In this document: positions 28,836-35,474 of the stretch, one piece after another
How positions within the stretch are numbered: position 1 is the first letter of the stretch
Layout of the letters: each line of letters starts with the position of its first letter
From: a virus
Taxonomy: Duplodnaviria; Caudoviricetes
Length of the DNA stretch: 35,573 nucleotides
Direction: 5' to 3' (one strand)
Virus record (IMG/VR): IMGVR_UViG_3300037882_002449
Coordinates: 1 to 35,573 of that record
The notes under the pieces: model-generated
The model's database searches: none
What the model was told of the DNA's origin: nothing
The model's input: only the letters and a program-made list of their open reading frames with translations
Position numbers and translations under genes: made by a program

Positions 28836-29776
28836 GCTGGGTGAAGTTTAACAGCACGTTACTCACGTCACCAAAGGTGTCACGCATTCACCAACTCGTT
28901 ACGTCACGCGTTATAACGACCGTTACAGATGGCCGCAACACGCGTTACAATGAGCCCATAACGCGTGATAACATCGTTATAGGGCTGATGCGGTTTTGGC
29001 TCACCTTGAACGAGCATATCAGGGGTGAAGTGTTACACCACGCGTCACGCGTTACGGCGGATGAGTGGAGCCAGATAACAGGCATGGGCGAGGCCATGGA
29101 AGCCGTGGGCTGGCTCAAGCAAACCACTGATGAGAATGGAGCGCAGCGCCTTGTTTTTCAAGGGTTTGGCGAGCACAACACGTCTTCAGAAGAGAGGGCT
29201 AAAACGACCGCAGCGGAGAGGCAGAAAGCCTACAGGGAAAGGAAGAAAAAGGAGGCTCAGCATTCTTCCCCTGATAACGAAGCGTTACATAACAGTGACG
29301 TAACGCGTAACGTAACGGTCGTTACGAAAAGTGATGTAGATAAGAGAAGAGAAGAGAAGAATAGAATAGACAACAATACTGATCCACACACACAACGCGC
29401 AGGCGCGCACGTGCAAGAGGTCATGTTTCCCGATCCAAGGGAATACCCGACCTTGGCCGAAGTGGAGCAGTGGGCAGAGTCAACCTTGACGCCCAAAGAG
29501 TGCGCTGCCAAATGGCACGCCAGCCACGAGGCTAAGGCCAGCCCTTGGACTGACAACCAAGGCAAGCCGCTCACTACTGACAAAGCTCGACTGCGGAACC
29601 TGTTTGCCACCTACGCCACCGCATGGAAGGCAAACGCCACAAAGGACAGAACGCCCAACGGAAGCAGCTACAAAACCCCACCACCCGACGACAGAGGAAT
29701 CAACTGGAGAACGCCCAGCTTGGAAGACATACGGAAAATGACCCCAGAGGAAAAGAAACGCATTAGCCAATTTTAG
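28832..29776 (+). CDS. Replication initiator (lambda O/DnaT-like)
   Basis: MSWVK...L..SPKV, GLMRFW, AMEAVGWL, AERQKAYRERKK, DKRREEKNRID linker; followed by DnaC-like gene. Confidence 0.85.
   Translation: MSWVKFNSTLLTSPKVSRIHQLVTSRVITTVTDGRNTRYNEPITRDNIVIGLMRFWLTLNEHIRGEVLHHASRVTADEWSQITGMGEAMEAVGWLKQTTDENGAQRLVFQGFGEHNTSSEERAKTTAAERQKAYRERKKKEAQHSSPDNEALHNSDVTRNVTVVTKSDVDKRREEKNRIDNNTDPHTQRAGAHVQEVMFPDPREYPTLAEVEQWAESTLTPKECAAKWHASHEAKASPWTDNQGKPLTTDKARLRNLFATYATAWKANATKDRTPNGSSYKTPPPDDRGINWRTPSLEDIRKMTPEEKKRISQF
29273..29326. repeat. Iteron-like cluster (putative replication origin)
   Basis: GATAACGAAGCGTTACATAACAGTGACGTAACGCGTAACGTAACGGTCGTTACG followed by an A-rich tract. Confidence 0.65.
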
Positions 29777-29778
29777 CC

Positions 29779-30591
29779 ATGAGTGAACCAATCAGATTAT
29801 TCAGCCGGGGCGACTTTGACGCCAAACACAAAGCTATGGTAGCAGTTATTGACGCCAAAGAGCGGAGGCTAGACGGCTTCCCCGCTGCCAGCGTATGCCC
29901 TGAGCACGGAGTAACAACTGTGCTTGACCGTGACCGCAGCCTGCACAGCGATTTCCCCATTTACACGTGCAGCGCCTGCGTTGAGCAGGACAGGGGGCGT
30001 AGGCGCGACGAATTGAAAATCGCAGCAGGGATACCGGAGGACGTGTTGAGCGCCACGCTAGACGCCTTCCAGACGCAGCGCGGAGGCATTGAGCTGGGAA
30101 GCCCAGAGGATTTTTTGAGAAAAGCCAGAAGACTAGCCGCTGGCGAGATACGCAACTTGATACTCTGCGGAAGCCCAGGTATAGGCAAGGGGCACATTGC
30201 CGCAGCCATCGCCGGCGAACGGATAGCGAGAGGGCGCAGCGTTCGCTGGGTGTCATGCAGCCAACTTTTTAGGCAGTGGCACAGAGCCTACCCTACCAAC
30301 AGCAATGACGCGATAGCCGAGCGTTACGGCTCATGCTCGCTGCTAGTGCTCGATGAGTGCGGGCTGAGGGAGCTTCCAAAAGACGGGGAGGAATGCCTGT
30401 TTGAGATTTTTGACATGAGGCAGAAACGAGGGCTTCAGAGCATTTTGCTAGGCAACATGCAGCTGGAAAGCTTCAAGACTTGGATAGGCGAGCGGATACG
30501 CGACCGCTTAAACGTGGGCAGCGTAGCGTTTTCCTATGGGGCATGGGACAGCTTCCGGCCATTGCAAGCAGACGCAGAGAACCGCATCTAG
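29779..30591 (+). CDS. DnaC/IstB-like AAA+ helicase loader
   Basis: CPEHG...CSAC Zn motif, Walker A GSPGIGKGH, Walker B LLVLDE, GERIRDRL. Confidence 0.9.
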   Translation: MSEPIRLFSRGDFDAKHKAMVAVIDAKERRLDGFPAASVCPEHGVTTVLDRDRSLHSDFPIYTCSACVEQDRGRRRDELKIAAGIPEDVLSATLDAFQTQRGGIELGSPEDFLRKARRLAAGEIRNLILCGSPGIGKGHIAAAIAGERIARGRSVRWVSCSQLFRQWHRAYPTNSNDAIAERYGSCSLLVLDECGLRELPKDGEECLFEIFDMRQKRGLQSILLGNMQLESFKTWIGERIRDRLNVGSVAFSYGAWDSFRPLQADAENRI

Positions 30592-30631
30592 CACGTATTG
30601 ACAACCTAGAGAACTCATGCAACTTACCCGC

Positions 30632-30787
30632 ATGGCAAAAGAAATCAGGACCACGTGGCTTCAAGTGCGGATGAACACCGCAGAGAAGGCCCAGCTACGC
30701 AAAGAGGCGCGCAGAGAGGGCGTGAATATGAGCAAGCTGGTATTGCGGAGAGCGCTTGCGGAACCTGCACAGGAGCATTTGAAATGA
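30632..30787 (+). CDS. Ribbon-helix-helix DNA-binding protein (51 aa; not in the ORF track)
   Basis: Hand translation MAKEIRTTWLQVRMNTAEKAQLRKEARREGVNMSKLVLRRALAEPAQEHLK; ATGA-coupled to terS. Confidence 0.75.
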   Translation: MAKEIRTTWLQVRMNTAEKAQLRKEARREGVNMSKLVLRRALAEPAQEHLK

Positions 30788-31311
30788 AAACCGGAGTTAA
30801 AGGCCAGCGCCACAGGCTGCACGAATGCGAGGATGGAAGCGTCCCGGTTCAGTGGCCGGAGTTTGAGCGCTACTGCGTGCTTATAGCTAAGGGGGAAATG
30901 ACCGACACCGAGGCTTACAAGCAAGCGGTTGACCCGGCAGCAAACCAAAAACGGCTTTCGTCCATGACGAGCCGTTACAAGAAAATCTACGCTAAACGCA
31001 TTGAATGGCTACGCGAAAGGCTGAACGAGCTAGCGGCTCAGCACGCAGATGAAGAGCTTCTTTCTGTGGTGGAGAAACGGAAGTTCTGCGCCCAAGTAGT
31101 CCGCGCCAAAATTGGCGAGCTAGACGGCAGCTCAAACTTGGTTGAAGAATACTCAGAAGGAGAGAGCGGCACGCGTGTTAAAATGCCTAGCAAGCTGGCC
31201 GCCATTAAAATGGACAACGATCTCGCAGGCGAAGGAGCCGAGGCGGAAAGCCAGAAGGCTGGAATTGATTCTCTAGCTGAACTTTTGAGAGCTATCAGGA
31301 GGAAAGCATGA
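30784..31311 (+). CDS. terS: Terminase small subunit
   Basis: ERYC..IAKG...TEAYKQA HTH-like region, RIEWLR, KMPSKLAAIK; upstream of terL; start at ATG 30784. Confidence 0.75.
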   Translation: MKTGVKGQRHRLHECEDGSVPVQWPEFERYCVLIAKGEMTDTEAYKQAVDPAANQKRLSSMTSRYKKIYAKRIEWLRERLNELAAQHADEELLSVVEKRKFCAQVVRAKIGELDGSSNLVEEYSEGESGTRVKMPSKLAAIKMDNDLAGEGAEAESQKAGIDSLAELLRAIRRKA

Positions 31312-31652
31312 GCCTAGACCCAAAAGGCGAAGCAGGCAAAAGGAAGGCTCAGCTCCAACTGCTGCCGCCAGTCTTCAATTCGGCTACGGCCAAGGCTCTA
31401 GAAAATGGAGCCGCCAAGTATGGCCCTTGGAACTGGCGCGAGTCAGACAAAGTGAGCGCCCTAACCTACGTGGGAGCAATCCGCCGACACCTCGACGCAT
31501 ACCTAGACGGAGAGGACATTGACAAAGAAAGCGGAGCGCCCCACTTGGGCCACATCGCTGCTAACTGCGCCATTTTACTGGACGCCCAGGAACACGGCCC
31601 GCTTCACGACGACAGACCACAACGCAAGACACCAAGGAAGGAAAGCCTATAA
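31308..31652 (+). CDS. dATP/dGTP diphosphohydrolase (DUF5664-like)
   Basis: K..L.LLPP, GAAKYGPWNWR, AIRRHL.AY.DGEDID.ESG.PHLGHIAAN..IL. Confidence 0.9.
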   Translation: MSLDPKGEAGKRKAQLQLLPPVFNSATAKALENGAAKYGPWNWRESDKVSALTYVGAIRRHLDAYLDGEDIDKESGAPHLGHIAANCAILLDAQEHGPLHDDRPQRKTPRKESL

Positions 31653-31729
31653 AGCCTAGCGCCCTCACATCCAGCGAGCTAGCCGAGTGGCAGCAGAGGA
31701 CGGCCAGAGACAGGCCGTTCGCTGAGGCT

Positions 31730-33232
31730 ATGGCAGACCCGCTATGGAGAATTTCTTGGCTCTACAAGATCAAAGACGAGCGGGGAAAGGTGATAGCTTT
31801 TGAGCCTTCTACTGAGCAAGTCGTGGTGATATGCGTGGTGCATCTGAGGAAGTGGAGAAGGGTGCTGATTCCCAAGGCCAGACAGCTTTGGATGAGCACA
31901 GCGCTAAGCGTCATCTGCCTAGACCAGTGCTTATTTCAGGAGGGCTTTGCCGCTGCCTGCATCGATAAAACAGCAGAGGACGCCGCCAAAAAGCTGCGGG
32001 ATAAAGTGTTGTTAGCATGGGAGCAACTGCCCGCCCCGCTAGTTAGTCAATACGAGTTACCCAGCGGCTACGCGCCAAAGGGCATAGGCTGGAAAATCCA
32101 CGGCTCAGAGGAAGCGCCCAGCTCATTCAGTGCAGGCGCTTCCTTCCGTGGTGGCCAGCTCCAATTTCTTTGGATTAGTGAATGGGGGGCGATCCAGATG
32201 GAAGAGGCGAAACGCTCAGAAGAAATCCTGACTGGCTCATTGCCAGCAGCAGAGCAGGGAACGACCGTAATTGAAACCACTTGGCGCGGAGGCAAGGGGG
32301 GCGACCTTTGGCCTATCGCCGAAGAGGCTATGCAGCCGGAGGAGCAGAAAGGCCCGACTAGCTGGAGACTTCTTTTCTTTCCATGGTGGATTGCCCCGAA
32401 ATACTCCCAGACGTGGGGAGCGATCGACGAACTTTCTGCCGCTTACTTTGCCAAGCTCGAAGCGGAGGAAGGCATAAAGCTAAGCCAAGAGCAAAAGCTG
32501 TGGTATGCCGGACAGCGCAGGACTAACCCGCGAAAAGTGAAAGAGGAATATCCTAGCACTCTGGCCGAATGCTGGGAGGCACCAGTTGCAGGCGCGATCT
32601 GGGGCGACCAAGTGGCGAAGGCTCACGCAGAAGGGCGCGTTGCCAACTTTCCCGTTGACGGGAGAGTTCCGGTTCATTGTTCATGGGACTTGGGTAGCTC
32701 TCTCAACACCGTGGTGTGGTATTTCCAGAGGATGCCAAACGGCTTCACGCGCTTCATTGACGTGGATTACAAGTTAGAAATGACCCTGCCCCAGCGAGCG
32801 GCTTGGATGAAGGCCAAGGGCTACAACTACGGCACTCACTACCTGCCACACGATGCCAACCAGGAGAGGCACGGCACCACCTTCTTCAAGGACTGGCAAG
32901 CCATAGCCCGCGAGCACGGCATAGGAGGGGCGCGAGTCGTCCCTGTGACGCTGGAGAAATGGCACGGCATCGACTACACTACGCAGCTTTTCCCCTCGTT
33001 TGAATTCAGGCTTCCGGCCTGTGAGAAAGGGCTAGAAGGGCTAGCGGCCTACCGCAGACAGCCGCAGAAAGCTAATGGGGTGATAGTGGACGAGCCCGTT
33101 CACGACTGGGCATCTCACACCGCAGACGGCTTACGGACGATGGCGGAGGCAGACAAAGCTGGGCTTGTCCAAGGCTTCCGCAACTCGCCAATGCAGGTTC
33201 AGAATAATATTGTATTGACAAATTGCGTATAA
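31730..33232 (+). CDS. terL: Terminase large subunit
   Basis: DP.WR...LYKI, IPKARQLWMST, LWISEW, IETT, FFPWW, WDLG, HYLPHD, PVHDWASHTADGLR. Confidence 0.95.
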   Translation: MADPLWRISWLYKIKDERGKVIAFEPSTEQVVVICVVHLRKWRRVLIPKARQLWMSTALSVICLDQCLFQEGFAAACIDKTAEDAAKKLRDKVLLAWEQLPAPLVSQYELPSGYAPKGIGWKIHGSEEAPSSFSAGASFRGGQLQFLWISEWGAIQMEEAKRSEEILTGSLPAAEQGTTVIETTWRGGKGGDLWPIAEEAMQPEEQKGPTSWRLLFFPWWIAPKYSQTWGAIDELSAAYFAKLEAEEGIKLSQEQKLWYAGQRRTNPRKVKEEYPSTLAECWEAPVAGAIWGDQVAKAHAEGRVANFPVDGRVPVHCSWDLGSSLNTVVWYFQRMPNGFTRFIDVDYKLEMTLPQRAAWMKAKGYNYGTHYLPHDANQERHGTTFFKDWQAIAREHGIGGARVVPVTLEKWHGIDYTTQLFPSFEFRLPACEKGLEGLAAYRRQPQKANGVIVDEPVHDWASHTADGLRTMAEADKAGLVQGFRNSPMQVQNNIVLTNCV

Positions 33233-33242
33233 TGGCTAGGGT
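33215..33242 (+). promoter_or_regulatory. Putative promoter heading the cassette array
   Basis: TTGACA-16 nt-TAGGGT, also TATAAT at 33228-33; ATG at 33250. Confidence 0.55.
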
Positions 33243-33249
33243 GGGGTCT

Positions 33250-33480
33250 ATGAGCGAAACATTCACCCGCCCCTGCCCCAACTGCGAGGACTGGCGGTAC
33301 GTCCCAGACCCAACCGAGCGCGAAACCTGCCCGCTGTGCAAAGGCGATCTGTATCAATGCACCGTGTGCGAGCTGGGTATCACAGATTGTGACTGCGATC
33401 ACGCAGGGATGGAGCTTGAGATGGTGAACGATTTAGCGCACTCACAGAAGGGGCGGGAGCAAGGCACTGACAACACTTAA
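33250..33480 (+). CDS. Cys-rich Zn-finger-like protein (first array gene)
   Basis: CPNC...CPLC...CTVC...CDC; tail VNDLAHSQKG encoded by the first attC-like site. Confidence 0.7.
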   Translation: MSETFTRPCPNCEDWRYVPDPTERETCPLCKGDLYQCTVCELGITDCDCDHAGMELEMVNDLAHSQKGREQGTDNT

Positions 33481-33551
33481 GACTAAGTCTATGGAAAACA
33501 ATATCGAAAACTCATCGGCCCCTTCTGTTGATCTGCCGCGCCTTGTTCGCA
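33423..33551 (-). mobile_element. attC-like recombination site A
   Basis: + strand GGTGAAC..GCGCA..CACAGAAGGGGC pairs GCCCCTTCTGTTG..TGCCGC..TTGTTCGCA. Confidence 0.75.
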
Positions 33552-33745
33552 AATCTTCGTACGTTGTGATGAAAATCATTCAAGGATGGCACGATCATTG
33601 GGATATTCATTGCGTCTGCGAAGACCAAAAAACTGCAAAAGCTGAATGCGATCTCCGAAACACAAAGGCGGTATCCAACCGATACTTTGTGACGAGGGTT
33701 CCTTTTATTGCGAACGCCACAGCGCAGACACAGCAGGGGCGGTAG
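33491..33745 (+). CDS. Cassette gene, hypothetical protein
   Basis: Leader ...LPRLVR, tail ANATAQTQQGR; body bounded by GTTCGCAA (33545) and TTGCGAAC (33708-15). Confidence 0.75.
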   Translation: MENNIENSSAPSVDLPRLVRKSSYVVMKIIQGWHDHWDIHCVCEDQKTAKAECDLRNTKAVSNRYFVTRVPFIANATAQTQQGR

Positions 33746-33754
33746 AACATACTT

Positions 33755-34279
33755 ATGAAAGACCTGCATACTCCAGTCGAGCCAAAGCAACTTCACCCAA
33801 TGTTGCTGGACGACGCGCAAATCGGCAACATTGTCGCCTTCGACTGCCGCGAAAGAATGCTTACCGTCCAAGTTGACGAAATGCCCAGTGGCATCTTGCC
33901 AGGTCACAGACTCGGAGCGCGGGCAATCCTAGTGTTTTTACCGAAGAACGGCCATTCAACACCGAAGCCAAAAACCAATGAAGTGCCGCCAGCCAAGGCG
34001 GTTGACCCTGCGACACCCTTGTTCGGCACTTGGCAGCCCATCGCTACCATACCGGATGGGGTGGAAGTCCTCGCAACCTGCGGCGGCATCTGTAGCCCTG
34101 CGGTGGTACTATGGAGCGAGTTGGAGCAATGCTGGATAGATGGCGATAATGACGATCGAAGGACAGAGAGAGATGATTGGCCGCTTACGCACTGGATGCC
34201 GCTACCTGATCCGCCGAACGTCCAAGCTCACGGCGATGCCGGGGGCGAGAAACCAACAACGAACGAATCAAACCCATGA
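33755..34279 (+). CDS. Fused cassette gene; C-terminal DUF551-like domain
   Basis: WQPIATIP...THWMPLPDPP; internal degenerate site about 33943-34027. Confidence 0.75.
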   Translation: MKDLHTPVEPKQLHPMLLDDAQIGNIVAFDCRERMLTVQVDEMPSGILPGHRLGARAILVFLPKNGHSTPKPKTNEVPPAKAVDPATPLFGTWQPIATIPDGVEVLATCGGICSPAVVLWSELEQCWIDGDNDDRRTERDDWPLTHWMPLPDPPNVQAHGDAGGEKPTTNESNP

Positions 34280-34343
34280 ATCAGAATCCACCAGATAGTA
34301 CCACTACGCCCCGCTCTGTTGACCAGCAGCAGGCTTGTTCGGC
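34213..34343 (-). mobile_element. attC-like site D (hybrid arms)
   Basis: GCCGAAC...TTGTTCGGC; loop and right arm nearly identical to site E, left arm poorly complementary. Confidence 0.65.
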
Positions 34344-34605
34344 TTTTTGGACGCCCGCAACAACCAAGCCGGGAGGGTGGGAACGAAAGGTTCTTTGCTG
34401 GGTGGTCTGGCCGGAATGCGGCTGGCCTTCACCGCCAGAACCGATAATCGGATGGTGGAAGCATGGGCCGGAATGCTTTGCTGTGGAATCGGTAGAGCAC
34501 GCAAACCATCTCGTTACGCACTGGGCCGAGATACCGGAGCCGAACGTCCCTGCTCTGGCACAGAGCGGGGGAGAGAAAACATCAACAAAGGAATCAGACT
34601 CATGA
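34276..34605 (+). CDS. Cassette gene, DUF551-like
   Basis: WTPA...VLCW...VTHWAEIPEP; bounded by GTTCGGCT and AGCCGAAC. Confidence 0.75.
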   Translation: MNQNPPDSTTTPRSVDQQQACSAFWTPATTKPGGWERKVLCWVVWPECGWPSPPEPIIGWWKHGPECFAVESVEHANHLVTHWAEIPEPNVPALAQSGGEKTSTKESDS

Positions 34606-34669
34606 ATCAGAATCAACTCAATGATGCCACTGCGCCCCGCTCTGTTGTCCAGCAGCAGGCTTGTTCGGC
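34539..34669 (-). mobile_element. attC-like site E
   Basis: GCCGAAC GTCCCTGCTCTGGCACAGAGCGGGG pairs CCCCGCTCTG(T)TG(T)CCAG(C)AGCAGGCTT GTTCGGC. Confidence 0.85.
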
Positions 34670-34862
34670 TGCGTTTATTATATTTTACGCAGAACGTTCC
34701 TGCTCTGGCGACGGAGGGATATTCACCTCGCTGGAGGATTTCATTCCATATCGTCGGCAAGGATGGAGCGGCACCCAAGAGGCCAATGCCGCCGCTGACG
34801 CAATGATTGTGGCGATGGACGAGGCGAACGATCAAGCGCAGCCAGCGCGAGCACATGAGTAA
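34602..34862 (+). CDS. Cassette gene, hypothetical (probable deletion fusion)
   Basis: ATG 34602 overlapping the upstream TGA; AAADAMIVAM motif; contains site remnant at 34689. Confidence 0.6.
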   Translation: MNQNQLNDATAPRSVVQQQACSAAFIIFYAERSCSGDGGIFTSLEDFIPYRRQGWSGTQEANAAADAMIVAMDEANDQAQPARAHE

Positions 34863-34913
34863 ATCAAACACACAGGAGCCAGCCGAGCGCTTGGCTGCGG
34901 TGCCTTGTTCGCC
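34823..34913 (-). mobile_element. attC-like site F
   Basis: GGCGAAC..CGCAGCCAGCGC pairs GCGC(T)TGGCTGCG..TTGTTCGCC. Confidence 0.8.
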
Positions 34914-35160
34914 GACGCCCGCAGCAGAGGCGAAGCGGGAAATGACAATGATGACATGGATGGCCACAGAAGGCGGGAGGAAGTGCCCAGCGTGCGGCAA
35001 ATACGCGAAGGCCGAGCATCTCGGTTTCACGGGCGGCTACTCCAACATAGGAGGCTCTGTCGTGCATGTCAGCTCCTACGGGCATCTTCCTGGCCACGGA
35101 TGTAATCAGTCGGCGAACGATCAAACTCTGCCGACCGAAGGGGCGGCGCAAGACTCATGA
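34855..35160 (+). CDS. Cassette gene, Zn-ribbon-like protein
   Basis: CPACGK...H...C; bounded by GTTCGCCGAC and GTCGGCGAAC. Confidence 0.75.
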   Translation: MSKSNTQEPAERLAAVPCSPTPAAEAKREMTMMTWMATEGGRKCPACGKYAKAEHLGFTGGYSNIGGSVVHVSSYGHLPGHGCNQSANDQTLPTEGAAQDS

Positions 35161-35214
35161 AAACAGAAACGACTACATCCGCCCCGAAGGTTGGCAGCAG
35201 TGCCCTTGTTCGGG
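35112..35214 (-). mobile_element. attC-like site G
   Basis: GGCGAAC..ACTCTGCCGACC-GAA-GGGGCGG pairs CCGCCCC-GAA-GGTTGGCAG(C)AGT..TTGTTCGGG. Confidence 0.85.
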
Positions 35215-35474
35215 CTTTTAGGGTGGACGTTGCAGACTGGCCCGAGGCCACTGGCATCGTCCGCACAACCAGCCCGGCAAAAGCAAAGTTTGCAGCGTGG
35301 AGAGGAGCTAAAGATGCGGGGTATGATCTGCCCTTCGCTCGCTTCAAAGCACGGCGAGCACCCGAGTATGACGGCAACACGGCGCTCATCGCTGGCCGCA
35401 ACTACGATCTCGAATACGCCACGGCGGCGGATAGCCCGAACGACAAAGGCCAGCCACGGGCGGATAAGACATAG
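35157..35474 (+). CDS. Cassette gene, hypothetical protein
   Basis: Leader ...VGSSALVR, body with AKAK...RRAPEYD, tail PNDKGQPRADKT; bounded by GTTCGGGCT and AGCCCGAAC. Confidence 0.8.
   Translation: MKTETTTSAPKVGSSALVRAFRVDVADWPEATGIVRTTSPAKAKFAAWRGAKDAGYDLPFARFKARRAPEYDGNTALIAGRNYDLEYATAADSPNDKGQPRADKT

Noticed and set aside
30655-30783. N-terminal extension of terS given in the ORF track
   Set aside because: The region is better explained by the RHH ORF 30632-30787 with ATGA coupling at 30784.
31308-31652. dZ (2-aminoadenine) genome system
   Set aside because: No PurZ, HD phosphohydrolase or DNA polymerase gene is visible.
416-33402. Numerous other minus-strand and nested ORFs
   Set aside because: They overlap well-supported + strand genes and show the S/A/L/R-rich composition of antisense frames.
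34281-35030. 249-aa minus-strand ORF across the array
   Set aside because: Antisense shadow of + strand genes that have recognisable motifs and coupled starts; no domain features.
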